Positions 12,061 to 25,257 are shown, numbered from the stretch's first letter. The stretch: 64,000 nucleotides of DNA from Octopus sinensis (GCF_006345805.1 NC_043000.1:93186001-93250000), one strand, 5' to 3'. Made by a program: numbers and translations. Notes: a model not told the origin generated them from the letters alone.

Positions 12061-13049
12061 AGGGATTGCAAAAGAAACGATTCAATACCACCAATTTTAC
12101 ACTTAGAGAATAGGTCAATATTTGAAATTCTGTCATTCAGACTGTAACAACAAATGGTACAAAGACATCACTTAAGAAAGACATCAAGTTTGTTAGGTTG
12201 ATATATTATTGGAAGAGAATGTAAGCCTCTGATCTACATGGATGAGTAAATATGATTATAGCTCTTGGTCACTCTTGAGTGCTATTCATATGTAACCTAT
12301 ATATATATATGCATGTGCACATACATATAAATAGACAGATAGACAAGTAAGTATGTAGGTAGGTATGTAGGTAGTAGATAGATAGATAGATAGATATATA
12401 GATAGATAACATGATAATATATACATGCACATATATGAGCACACAAACACATACACACACACATGCATGTGCACACAAACACATATTCACTGAATTGTTC
12501 TTGTATTAGTGTACAGGGGAGAATGCTCAATAGTTATATATTTCAAGCCATTGAGTTTAAATCTCACCAAAGTCTATTTTGCCATTCATTCTTTCAGGGT
12601 CAACAAAGAAGTATTTATCCAGGGTGATGTCAGGGGTTGGATGAGATACTTTAGAGTATTTGTTATGGATTCTCACTGCACAGCAGAAGTGTCCACAATG
12701 ACAAGAGTACAGAGTTGCATTGTTTAGCCAGTTTCTCTTTGAATAAACATCAGTCACAAAGAGAGGCAGGACTAGTATGTATGCACAACTGTTAGTCGTT
12801 CTAGAAAGAACTTCCCAGACCTGTGCATACAAGTGCAGGTGCATGCCCAATCAACTCTGGATATACAAGAGCATATAAGTATGACTCATGCTACTGGTTT
12901 CCAAAGAGTGTTTATATTTTTAATGCAGTTGACATTGTTGGATGGAGTGGGACTGCCCAGGGGTTGAAACAGTAATGACATCTGTGAATCAGCTGATGAT
13001 GGATGTATATGTTTGATGTGCTTGTTGAGTAGTGATTCCTTTTATACTA

Positions 13050-13275
13050 CGGCAGTGAACTGGCAGAAATGTTAGCACGCCTGGCAAAATGCTTAGCTGT
13101 ATTTTGTCTGCCGCTACATTCTGAGTTCAAACTCCGCCAAGGTCAACTTAGCCTTTCATCTTTTGAGGTCGATTGAATAAGTACCAGTTATGCACTGGAA
13201 TCGATGTAATTGACTTAATCCCTTTGTCTGTCCTTGTTTGTCCCCTCTATGTTTAGCCCCTTGTGAGCAATAAAT
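13050..13275 (+). mobile_element. SINE family C, tail type 1
   Basis: ggcagtgaactggcagaaatgttagcacgcc..ttaatccctttgtctgtccttgtttgtcccctctatgtttagcccc. Confidence 0.85.
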
Positions 13276-14310
13276 TTATATGAAATACTACTTCTCATAG
13301 AGTTGAACTTGTTTAGGGCTTGTTTGGCTTATGGTGGTTTTGTTGTTTATATCTCATATATTGATATTGTGGGATTATCCTAAAGTCGTTCAGTTGGATT
13401 CTAATTCTTGTATGGGTAATACTTGCTTAAGTGTTTCTAGTTTATAGATATTCTGTTGCATATATGTGTGTGTAGCACCAACAAAGATATGAAATACATA
13501 GATATGCATGAGATAAACACAGATGCATCTCCCTATAATACATTAACACGCACATATATGTGTATGTATGTATGTATGTATGTGTGTGTGTATATTTATC
13601 TAAATATACATATATAAAGAGTGAAAGAATAAAAGAGTACATATACACACTTACAGGTACACACACCTACACACACAAATATGCACCCAAACAATACACT
13701 TCTCCTGCTTGAAAACCCAAAATAATTTAAATATAAGACTGAAGGCTAAAATTATAAAATTTCTGAATGCTACTCTAAAGTTTCTCTTTCAAACTCCCTT
13801 TTACCATCTCTCTCTCTCGTATACACACACACATATATATTAAATATATACATGTGTGTGTGTATGTATATATATATACACACACACATATACATATATA
13901 CGTATTTAAAACATGCAATATGTTTCACTTATCATTGAAATCGTATTTAATTTTTATTAAAACTATTAATGTGATTTGTTTACTTGCAGTATTTAACTGG
14001 ATGAGATTGAATTTCTGAGATTAGTTTTTTTGTCTTTTTTTTTATTATCAATTTACATTTTTATATCAGCAATAATTATCTTTGTTTATTAAAGATTTCA
14101 ATTTTAAGAAAAATATAAGAAATATTTTTTGTTATTCTTTTTAAACAAAGACTTCTTCCTACACCATATTCTTCAATATTTTATGCACATCAAAGAAAGT
14201 GTGCAAGCTAGAAAAGGGTTTATAGATAGATTGATATATATATATTATATAACTTGATATAAGATGAGACAAAAATTTATAATTTACATCAACATAATAA
14301 ATACATATAA

Positions 14311-14545
14311 CGTAATACTCTCAGAGCATCCACCACCACTATTAACTTGGTCACCTACCTAGCGGAACATATCAACTACTTCTACTTTCTCTCCCTGAAA
14401 TTTGATGGAATCTATTTTCTGAGCATCTGTGGTTTTTATTGCCCCTGTGCATCTGCTGCACATGAAAGCTCTCTTCTTGTTTAATCTTCCTTTGATGTTG
14501 CTGCACCTTTCATGTGTCCATAGCTTACACTGAGTACATCTTATA
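14311..14545 (-). pseudogene. RTE-clade LINE ORF fragment with a Cys/His finger inside the RT region
   Basis: CTQCKLWTHERCSNIKGRLNKKRAFMCSRCTGAIKTTDAQKIDSIKFQGEKVEVVDMFR then frameshifted .VGDQVNSGGGCSES (F.YLGD..S.GGGC type). Confidence 0.8.
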
Positions 14546-15025
14546 TATATATATATTGATGTGTGTCTTTGTGTCTGTGTTTGTCCCTCTGCCATTACTT
14601 GACAATCTATGTTGGTGTATTTACGTCCCTGTAACCTAGTGGTTTGGCAAAAGAGTCTGACAGAATAAGTACCAGGCTTATGAAGTATAAGAGCTGGGGT
14701 CGATTTCTTCAACTAAAAGGTGATGCTCCAGCAAGGCCGCAGTCAAACGACTGTAACAACTAAAAAAGAAAATAGAAAGAAGGTAAAATTAACAATTCAT
14801 TATTTTCCTCCCTACTAAGGTGGCGAGCTGGCAGAAACGTTAGCATGCCGAGTGAAATGCTTAACAGTATTTCATCTGTCTTTACATTCTGAGTTCAAAT
14901 TCTGCTAAGGTCGAATTTGTATTTCACCATTTCGGGGTCGATAGATTAAGTACCGGTTGGAAATTAGAGTCAATCTAATCTAAAACATTTTGGGCCTTGT
15001 GCCTAGAGTAGAAAAGATTATTTTC
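14545..15025 (+). mobile_element. SINE A 3' half (14545-14775) followed by SINE C with tail type 2 (14815-15025)
   Basis: Consensus motifs as in the other copies. Confidence 0.8.
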
Positions 15026-15773
15026 CTCCCTATAAATGCCTACCACTGATTTTTCATGCACTGAGAAACCTCTACCTGTTGCATTGGGTGTCCAACTCAC
15101 CCCACCAGTCAAAGACTTTCAATGATTTTAGGAGAACCAATAAATACTCTAAGAATTTTCAAAATGACTAGAAATTGCCTACAAGCAAGTCTGTATGAGA
15201 AACAATTCATTAGTTTAAGGACGTCATTAACCCACTAAGTTATAATTGTTGACATAAAAACATAGAAAGTTAAATAAACATTGAAAATTGCAATAACAGA
15301 TTCTCCAAACAAGAAGAAAGAAGGCGACGAAGATGAAGAAGAGGAGAGAGAAGGAGGAGGAGAAGGTTGTGGTTGTGGTGGTGGTGACGGCAATGGTGGA
15401 GAAGGAGAGAAGAAGGGAGTATAGGAGGAGAAGCAGGAGGAGGAGGAGCTGAGAGAAATGGAAAGACAAAAGCATAACAAAAAAACAGACGTTTGTAACC
15501 GATTTTTCTGTTTTAATTATCGGAACCCAGAATAGATTTTAAATATGTTGCCTTTGTTGTTACCGCATTTTTTTGTTTAAACATTAGAGCCAATCGAATT
15601 ATATAAATGCTATAGTTATTATGTAACTCTCGTTTCTAAAGAAATACAATTTGGAATGGCTAAAGTAGTAGACTTTCTTGGTATTTGAACAGTGTGCTTC
15701 AACTGTGTTTCAATTTTTGCCTATACATTCTTATTAATATATATATATATATATATATATACAGACATATAAA

Positions 15774-15841
<68 letters not shown>

Positions 15842-15844
15842 CCC

Positions 15845-16287
15845 TAGTTTCTGCATTGACCACCAGATAAGGGGTTTATCCTTGGATATGTATTTCTCCT
15901 GCAGCTGCCTTACCACAAATATAGCATCAGTGGTACTTTTCCCTGGCACAAAGCCAAACTGCATCTAATCTAGACTAACTCTCACCCTAATTAGTTGGGT
16001 TATGACCCTCTCCATAACTTTCATCTTCTGACCCAACAATTTGATATCTCAAATATTTTTATCCCAGGCATCACTTTTACCTTTGTAGCAGTTGACTATG
16101 GTGCTGCTACACCAGTCATTGGGTATGGCTCCTGCATCCTGCATGAACCACCTGATTTACAATATGGGTGACAAGACCATAACCCACACCGCAAGATATT
16201 TTAAGCATCTCAGTGGTGATTCCTGATGGGCTGGTGGGGCTTTCCCTGTTTTCATATCCTTAATAGCTTTATCTACCAAGATACTTT
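15845..16287 (-). pseudogene. RTE-clade LINE reverse-transcriptase fragment
   Basis: ..IPNDWCSSTIVNCYKGKSDAWDKNI*DIKLLGQKMKVMERVITQLIRVRVSLD*MQFGFVPGKSTTDAIFVVRQLQEKYISKDKPL. Confidence 0.9.
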
Positions 16288-16332
16288 CAATATATATATA
16301 TATATATATATATATAACAATATATATGTAGA

Positions 16333-16560
16333 GCGGTGAACTGGCAGAGTCGTTAGCATGCTGGGCATAATGCTTAGTATTTTGTCTGCCGGTATTTCAT
16401 TCTGAGTTCAAATTCTGCTGAGATCGACTTTGCCTTTCATCCTTTTGGGGTTGATTAAATAAGTACAAATTATGCATTGGGGTCGATGTAATTGACTTAA
16501 TCCTTTTGTCTGTCCTTGTTTGTCCCCTCTATGTTTAGCCCATTGTGGGCAATAAAGAAA
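16333..16560 (+). mobile_element. SINE family C, tail type 1
   Basis: gcggtgaactggcagagtcgttagcatgc..gtttagcccattgtgggcaataaagaaa. Confidence 0.85.
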
Positions 16561-16571
16561 TGATAACTATA

Positions 16572-16826
16572 CTGGGAGGTGCAAAAGTAGGTATACAGTA
16601 AGCATCGCATGAATGTCAGAATACCTAATTCATTAACATTATTAACATATTTTATTAGTTAGCTTCATTTTTTATATTTTCAGTATCGTTAATCATAATA
16701 ATACATCTATCATAATAATAATAATAATAATACTTTTATCATAACTTTTAATTTTTTTGATAAAAAATAAATGAGTATTATACCTGTTTTCTTTTCCATA
16801 ACTGTACACCAACTTATGCACCACCT

Positions 16827-16828
<2 letters not shown>
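16572..16828. mobile_element. Tc1/mariner-type MITE
   Basis: 28-bp TIRs ctgggaggtgcaaaagtaggtatacagt (16572-99) / actgtacaccaacttatgcaccaccttg (16801-28), 22/28 match; TA on the left flank, TGTA on the right. Confidence 0.7.
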
Positions 16829-16867
<39 letters not shown>

Positions 16868-17025
16868 TAATAAATAAAATATATGCATACATACAAACAT
16901 ATATGTACATACCTACATCTACATGTATATATACATGCATATATAAATATATATACGTGAGTACAGGACACCACAACTAGACGTAGAACTCAATGGCACA
17001 CACACGTATATATTTAGTAAATAAA

Positions 17026-17070
<45 letters not shown>

Positions 17071-17647
17071 ATATATATAGTATAATAGAGATTAATTACC
17101 AATGAAGTCCATAATTAAAAATAAACGACTCTGTTAAAAATAGAAATAGGTTTTGATTTATTAAACTTTACCTTACAAAATGGTCCCAAGTTACAACTTC
17201 TAAGAAAATTTGAGCACAGTGTAGGTGCATGCATGTATTGAGTGGTCTGAGTAGGTAAGGCAAGCAGACAGCGTCTAACCCAGACTTAATGTATTAATAC
17301 TAATTACATCTAATTAAATATAAAAGTTAAATGATTTCCAATACATTATAAATAACTATTTATATTTTTTAGGATGTGAAGCCCATTGTGTAATTTAGAT
17401 GAGGGTTAATACTTTGATGAAAGCTTCCAAACTCTGTGTATATAGTAAATAGTATTTGTTATGCGGTTAAACATATGTCTGATCTGATCAATTAAAATAG
17501 AATCAAAGAAGCAGAAAAACGAAAAAGCATTTTATGAATGTCATACATGCAGTAGTTTTAATCTAAGGCTGGATTAACATGCAACTTTTGTGCTTAAAAA
17601 AGTGAAAGTAAATTGACTGAAAGTGATGACAGCAGCTTTCCTTAATT

Positions 17648-17750
17648 TCATATTGGGCTTCTCAGCCACTTCCACTCCAAAGAGAAACAATGTCCTGGAG
17701 GAGTAGGAGGAGGAGTATTTTGGGTTGACACTGTCATCACCTTTGATGGG
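17648..17750 (-). CDS. Candidate terminal coding exon of an unidentified minus-strand gene (PSKVMTVSTQNTPPPTPPGHCFSLEWKWLRSPI*)
   Basis: Acceptor cttattttgcttacgacag; non-repetitive island; phase-compatible with 22316-22369; no homology recognised. Confidence 0.35.
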
Positions 17751-18417
17751 CTGTCGTAAGCAAAATAAGCAGTATCACAAAACTTGTAAACAGACAGTAA
17801 ACTTGTAAACAAAACTGCTTTACACCAAAGCAAACACAATCTCTAATGGTATTCTACAAACACTAAAATTTAGACCCTTCTTGTCAGTAACAAACCACAG
17901 ATATGTAGACACAGTGAAAAAAATTACTACCCAATGTGATGTATGAATTCCCATGCAAATCTGAAAGTTGTAAACTTGCCAACTGCAACTATCATATCAG
18001 CCATATAAGTACAACACTGCCACATCAACTTACTATGCACTTACAAGAAAGGGCAATCAGAACAAACTATGTCACCACCACAAAACAAAAGCAAATAGGA
18101 AAAGCATTAGCAAGCAAAATATTTGTCATTTACTTAATTACCCTTAAAAATAGATATTTGATGACAGAGGCAATATGCAGAGCAGCACAGTATAAGGCTA
18201 AAATAAACTTGCAGTTAAAAATACATTTATCATAAATGTAAATAAGGAATGACTGATGACATGGTGTAAATGTAATGGCAGAGGCCTCAAATTCTGGCAT
18301 TTATGACTGCAGCAGATATATATGTATCATATGAATATGAATCTATATAAATGTGTGTGTGTATATGCATAGATAATGTATATGTATGTGCATATATATA
18401 TTTATATACATACATAT

Positions 18418-18815
18418 AGGCGTAGGAGTGGCTGTGTGGTAAGTAGCTTGCTTATCAGCCACAAGGTTCCAGGTTCAGTCCCACTGAGTGGCACCTTGGG
18501 CAAGTATCATCTACTATAGCCTAAGGCCGACCAAGGCCTTGTGAGTGGATTTGATAGACGGAAACTGAAAGAAGCCCATCGTATATATGTGTGTATGTGT
18601 GTGTGTGTGTGTTTGTGTGTCTGTGTTTGTCCCCACAACATTGCTTGACAAACGATACTGGTGTGCTTACATCCCATAACTTAGCGGTTTGGCAAAAGAG
18701 AATGATAGAATAAGTTCTAGGCTTACAAAGAATAAGTCCTGGGGTCGATTTGCTCGACTAAAGGTGGTACTCCAGCATGGCCACAGTCAAATGACTGAAA
18801 CAAGTAAAAGAGTAA
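18418..18815 (+). mobile_element. SINE family A, full length
   Basis: Head ggcgtaggagtggctgtgtggtaag, internal (TG)n, tail cagtcaaatgactgaaacaagtaaaagagtaaaag. Confidence 0.92.
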
Positions 18816-18839
18816 AAGTGTACTACATATATAAGTATA

Positions 18840-18875
<36 letters not shown>

Positions 18876-19227
18876 TGTATGTATGTATGTATGTATGTAT
18901 GTATGTATGTATGCATGGATATCTAATTTAATGGTAGCTTCTCATATCTGAGAAAGAAAATTCTGCAGTTTCAGGCTAAACTATCTGGGCAAATGATTTG
19001 TTCAAGGTGATCAAATGTTTGCACGTACACTGGCTCACCCTACCCCATCCAATGCTCTGCATCTGTTCAACATTGTCTGCACAGGTGCACAATCTGCCAT
19101 ATGTCAGTTGTCCAAGTGATCACAGAACAAAGTGAAACAGAAAGGATTTTTCCCAAGAACACAAGGTACCACCTGACCTAGGAATCAATTTATGTATATA
19201 TATCTAAGTATTCATGTATACATATAA

Positions 19228-19262
19228 CTGACAATGGCTTAACTGGCTGAAACTTCGAAGTC
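19228..19262 (+). ncRNA. Minimal hammerhead ribozyme relic
   Basis: CTGACAA-T-GGC-ttaactg-GCT-GAAA-CTTCGAAG-TC; perfect palindrome ACTTCGAAGT and GTC triplet; the two core deviations are CpG-type transitions; stem I not seen. Confidence 0.55.
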
Positions 19263-19324
19263 ACTGCCAATAATATTCTTGTTTAAGAATAATAAATTTG
19301 TACTCTGTCACAGTATAGATTAAT

Positions 19325-19490
19325 TTAGGAGTGGCTGTGTGGTAAGTAGCTTGTTTACCAACCACATGGTTCCAGGTTCAGTCCCACTGCGTGGCACCTT
19401 GGGCAAGTGTCTTCTGCTATAGCCTTGGGTCGACCAAAGCCTTGTGAGTGGATTTGGTAGACGGAAACTGAAAGAAGTCTGTTGTATATT
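19325..19490 (+). mobile_element. SINE family A 5' half
   Basis: ggagtggctgtgtggtaagtagc..gtggatttggtagacggaaactgaaagaag. Confidence 0.9.
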
Positions 19491-19603
19491 TATATATATA
19501 TGTGCATACATGAAATTAAAAATATGATATGGCGACAATCTAGCCATCGCACCCTATATATATATATCATCGTTTATATTTATATATATATATATATATA
19601 TAT

Positions 19604-19643
<40 letters not shown>

Positions 19644-20742
19644 ACATACAAACACATACACACAAACACACATATATATATATAATTTTCTCTGTGTGTA
19701 TGTGTGTTCTTTGTCTGTCAGTTCTTTGAAAATGAAGCCTCTGTTCCACTTACTTCACCAGACGTCGGCACCACATCATATTTCGTCATCACCAATGTAA
19801 TTCCTCATCATCACTATCATCATTAGCAACAGCAGCAGTTTAGTTATCATCATAATCATCATCATCATCATTCTCACTACCACTACTAAAGCTCTCTCAC
19901 TCTTTCTTTCTCCTCCCCCTCTGTTTCTCTCTCCTCTCTCCTCTCTCTCTCTCTCTCTCTCACTCTGTTTTAATCATTCTGCATTTTCGTTTTCGTCCCT
20001 CCCAGCTTTGCTTTGCATCCCTCATCTTATCACCCAAAAATCCATGCAAGATAACCACGTCAGTCCTATATGGCAGCACTAATCAACACCACAAGCTATT
20101 AAGACGATAGAATTTTAATTACATACACTTCTAATTAATACAATGTAACTGTTTTCACAAAAGGTCATTAAACTTGGTCTCTATCAATGACCATACAATA
20201 TGTTTGCGTAAGTCGCTACCATTCTCCATCTTAGATCCCTCTCTCTCTCTCTCTCTCTCTCTCACTCTGCTTTTTCCTCTCTGTTATTCTCTCTTTCCTT
20301 CTCTATCCTCTATCTCTCTCTTGCTCTCTTTCACTCCTTCGATTTCTTATAGTAATTTTGCACTTAATATCTTTTGTGTATAAGAACTGATGTCTGAATG
20401 TGTGCTAGTGCATGTATATGTGTGTATGAGCATCCTTCTCTCTCTCTCTCTCCCTCTCTCTCTTTACACACACCACTCACACACGCATTCAAATACATAC
20501 ATACTTACAATCATAATAGATCTATGTGTGTGTGTGTGTATATATATATATATGTGTGTGTAAACAAAAATTTTTATAATTATGGGTATAATTATAATTA
20601 GGGCTCAGCAAAAAATTTGCTTCACCACATACTGAAATTTAGAAATAGCAGTCAAAACTAGCTATTTCTCTACCATAAGAAAATCTCCCAGAGAGCAATA
20701 ATATTTTATTATTATTGACATATATATATATATATGTAGATG

Positions 20743-20784
<42 letters not shown>

Positions 20785-20791
20785 TAGATAG

Positions 20792-20854
<63 letters not shown>

Positions 20855-21270
20855 AAGACAGAGATATCAATCCAAGTTTGTATGATTGTGTGTAGAAGAA
20901 TATATTAATGAAATTCCAGCCTCGTCTGATTTTCACATTTTATTATTTACAACTTTTACAATTTTACAATATTATAATAATAGAATATTAGAATATCATA
21001 TACTTATTGTGATAAAACTAGTACTCTCATGCATTTTGCAATCATCAGGTTTATGTAGTAGTATTAGGATGAAAGAGGGGATACTAAGCTAAAAGAAGTT
21101 AAGAGAAGCTATTATAAGTCAAGGCACTTGTGAATATGATAGGAGTAATGAACAGTTTGGAGAAAGCGACAATTGAGAATTGAGAAATTGGCAATTAACG
21201 AGAAATGAAAAACGAGAAAATGTGTAAGGGTGAGATTTCAATAGGTCTCATGAACTGCGATGACTACTAC

Positions 21271-21322
<52 letters not shown>

Positions 21323-21485
21323 GCATCTATATATATATATAATACACATACACACACACACACACAAACACATACATACATGTATAGTAGCAGTAATAGT
21401 AGTAGTAGTAGTTGTTGTTGTGTTGTTGTTTTGTTGTTGTTGTTGTTGTTTTGTTGTTGTAGTATTTAGTAGTAGTAGTAGTAGT

Positions 21486-21519
<34 letters not shown>

Positions 21520-21567
21520 AGTAGTAGTAGTAGTAGTAGTAGTGGCAATCATGTTCCAGAAATAACA

Positions 21568-21599
<32 letters not shown>

Positions 21600-21617
<18 letters not shown>

Positions 21618-22010
21618 TGCATACATAAATGTTCATACTTACATATATATATGGATACATATATGCATATATGGGTGCAGAGCATCAAAAAACGTAAACA
21701 AAATGAAAAACGAAAACATGAAATATGGAAACGTGGAAAGTGAACTTTTTTTGCAAACAGTGTAAGAAACAAATGGAAAAACAAGACAGGCAACATAAAC
21801 AACCCTTCATCAGTTGTCAGCTGTTTTATCTACTCTGCATTTCGAGCATTACGACAAGATGTGTTCTTGTCAAAACAGTTGCTCCTGCAAAGTAAATTTA
21901 ATAAAATTTGGGATTTGTGGTGGATCAAAGTTGGTAACAAAAACTGAACAGTGAAAACAAATGGTAAAGGCTGTTAAGCCATAACAAGGTGAGTGGTGAA
22001 CACTAGGGAA
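21600..22010. repeat. Probable Penelope-type pLTR-like repeat
   Basis: Contains cttcatcag and atttcgagc motifs (rc CTGATGAAG and GCTCGAAA); no second copy in the window. Confidence 0.35.
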
Positions 22011-22315
22011 CCAAGCTTTTACAGGAGACAGACAAGAATGTGTCTTATCCCTTTAGCTGAACAAGAGGAAAGAAAGAAATTCAAGTTTGGAAAAGAAAAA
22101 TGGCCACTGGTCATGTGTGATCAACAAGAGAGTCAAGGAGGAAGAGTGAGACAGAGAGAGAGGGACAGACAGAGAACTGTGAAGGGGAGGAGAAGAATTA
22201 GAGAAAGGACGAGAGAGAAAAAAGTGAGATAAAAAGAATTAGAAAGAGGAAGAGAGAGGGAAATAGAAATAGTGATAGAATTAATGTCGCATCAGAATTA
22301 TTACGATAAACTTAC

Positions 22316-22369
22316 TTGGAAATGGATACATGGCGTTCAGTATGATTCAAACTTAAAGTCGTATGAAAC
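22316..22369 (-). CDS. Candidate 54-nt internal exon (FHTTLSLNHTERHVSIS)
   Basis: Perfect donor CAA/GTAAGT; acceptor tttaattag; one open frame. Confidence 0.35.
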
Positions 22370-23474
22370 CTAATTAAACTGTTTTTAAATAATATATATA
22401 GAGATAGATAGATATATTCATACATATATACATATACATGTAAATATGTATTTTTGCTCATGAATATATATATATATATGTATATATATATGTATATATA
22501 TATGTAAATATTAGTGTTTATATATGTGTGTGTGTGCATATATATGTGTGTGTGCATATATGTGTGTGTGTTATACATATGCTATATACATGCATATATG
22601 TGAATAAATCTTTGTATATGTATTTGGGCATATTTTTTAAAGCATTTTACCTTCTTTTCTTGTGTTTTGTTTTGTTTTATTTTGTTTTTCTTTCTCCTTC
22701 CTTCTTTTCATTTACTTTACATATGTAATCTTAATCTCACGTTTAACCAATTCCGATGGAGGTCTTTAGCGTAGCTCATTACAATTTAAATGACTTCTAA
22801 TGTCTTTAATCTTTGACTCCAATATCACCACCACCACCACTACCATCGCTACCACTGCCATCATCACATCCACATCCACCACCACTGCTTGTTACTACCT
22901 TCTCTTCAAGATATATTAATACCATTCTTTCAGTGTTCTTTGCTTCCTTGATAGATCCATAATTTCAACTGATCTTTTGACCAATGTTACAAATGGTAGT
23001 TTAATTTTCACTCATTCTATATTCTATATTCTATCCCCCAGCTCTTTCATCATAGAACTAACAACTATATACTGAACAGTTTGTAATCACTGCACTGGCC
23101 AAATGGTTGAGGTATTAGATTCACGGTCATAAGCATTTTTGGTTCAATGCTTGGACAGGGCAGCTTGTTCTATCCATTAGCAAAGTACTGCATTTCACAT
23201 TACATCAATCATAACCAAGTACACCAGCGATTATAAGTATAAAGGCTTAAATGTAAACTTATACTCAGGATAGAAAAGCCGTAATTTCTTGCTGATTCAC
23301 ATCTGCCAGGCAATTTATATCTGTGTCTGTGCATGACATTTCTTTCCTGTTTTTAAGTGTCTATGTCTGGTCTCTTATGTTTGTACTTTATAGAAGTTTC
23401 GATGGAAATGTTTCCCCATATATATGGGTATATGCATGCATGTATGCATACATACAGGCTTGCATATATACACA

Positions 23475-23618
23475 CATGCCACTCACAAGGCTTTTGGTCA
23501 GCCTGAGGCTATAGCAGAAGACACTTGCCTAAGGTACCATGCAGTGGGACTGAACCTAGAACCATGTGCTTTGGAAGCAAGCTTTGTGCCACAATATAAT
23601 ATATATATATATATATAT

Positions 23619-23692
<74 letters not shown>

Positions 23693-23853
23693 GACGGATT
23701 TCTTTTAGTTTCCATCTAGCAAATCCAATCATAAGGCTTTGATCAGCACAAGTCTATAGTAGAAGACACTTACCCAAGGTGCCATGAAGTGGGACTGAAC
23801 TCAGAACCATGAGGTTGGGAAGCAAGCTTCTTATCACACAGCCACACCTGTGC
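23475..23853 (-). mobile_element. Two SINE A head fragments separated by (TA)n
   Basis: ccactcacaaggcttttggtc..gtgggactgaacc..; second copy 23695-23853. Confidence 0.8.
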
Positions 23854-23873
23854 CTTCACATTATTTCTCATTA

Positions 23874-25093
23874 CCGTAAAACCCCCAATAAATTGTGCAC
23901 CTGTGTAATTTATACAGGAGATTTTTAAGGATAAAATTTGTTAAAAATGCTTCTACTCATGTAAAATTCACACCCAAAAGTTTTCAGAATTGCCAATATA
24001 GCCAGGGGAAAAGGTTTTCAATTTAGTTGTATTTAGCATAATTTCACTTACTTATGATTAGATTTTATTAAATTTTTATTAAATAAAAGTAATTTCTGTT
24101 TATAACAGGTATCACATTGAAAGCTTTTAAATTACAAAGTGTTTGTATTGTTTATAATAAACTTTATTTTACATTTCTTGCCCAGAAGAGATTATGTCTG
24201 ATCTTTAGCATACTGCTGTATGCCTTCTCAAATCACGATCACAGGAAAAGTTGTTGACAAGAATTACCAACAAAAACAAAGCTGATAAATATGCACAGGT
24301 GTTGCAAATTAAGTTTAATTACCAATAGACATCAGCTTGGATGACACTTTACTCAACCAACAGAGGAAGGTGACAGATCAAACCAATTATGTAAACAGAA
24401 TTCTTTTCCACCTATTCTTGACAGAACCTTTGATATGGAGTATTGAAATTTTTAATCCCTTTCACACTTATAAAATGTCAAGCAAACTTAAAAATTTGTT
24501 ATTACCATTATTGTCAGTATGGACAGAACTTATGAATCGTTTATAATCGTTTATGCATCTGAATGTGGCAATAAAGCCAATGTTCAAAATTGGTTTAAAC
24601 AGTATGACAAATTTAGAATTGTATCTAGTAATAAACAGACAAAAATAAAAACATGCAATAAAGTTTATCCATATCATTACATTTTTTCAACCAGGAATAT
24701 CCATACCATTATGTATGCAATAGATAGAAACTCCAAACAATGTAAAATATGGCCTGGACTGTGTTTACTAGCATGAATGTCAGACTTCAAAAAGTAGTTA
24801 GCCATTTAATGGTTTTAGTAAATTTATATAGAAAAAGTAAGCATTGTACCATCCAGCAAAAATAAAAGTCAACTTCATTACGCGTACTTAAGCCATTATT
24901 TTTTCTGTAAAAACCTTTTCTGACATTAATTGAATCAACTTCTGGTACAAATATTTAAGTTTTGTACGTCTTTTTGCAACAAAAAATATTTCAAAAGAAT
25001 TCTGGAAACGATCTACATATTTAATTTACACACCCACTAAAGTTTATTTTAATTTTTTGTGAAAAAAGTGCGTAAATTACATGGGTTTATACG
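23874..25093 (+). mobile_element. pogo/Tigger-like DNA transposon deletion derivative (about 1.2 kb) with TA TSD
   Basis: TA-ccgtaaaacccccaataaattgtgcac ... gtgcgtaaattacatgggtttatacg-TA imperfect TIRs; internal ORF 24519-24776 (IIVYASECGNKANVQNWFKQ) resembles a pogo N-terminal HTH. Confidence 0.6.
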
Positions 25094-25095
25094 TA

Positions 25096-25257
25096 TTCAT
25101 GCATTATCTTGTAGTTTTGAACTTTTGATGATGTGATTGTTTATTCCTTGGATGACACTGTAAGATAGGTGTGAGAAGTTGGATTTGGTCAGTTTGAATT
25201 TATAACAAGAAGAATATTGGGCCCAGATATGGCTGGTTTAAATGCTAAAGAGTTAAA
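25096..25257 (-). mobile_element. piggyBac-like MITE, truncated
   Basis: rc TTAActctttagcatttaaaccagccatatctgggcccaatattc; homologous to 5287-5494. Confidence 0.75.

Noticed and set aside
15300-15470. GA-rich stretch encoding E/G-rich peptides
   Set aside because: Cryptic trinucleotide low complexity without splice signals.
19747-19810. Perfect minus-strand donor GTAAGT with short open frame GITLVMTKYDVVPTSGE
   Set aside because: No pyrimidine-rich acceptor upstream; the sequence runs into (GAT)n repeats.
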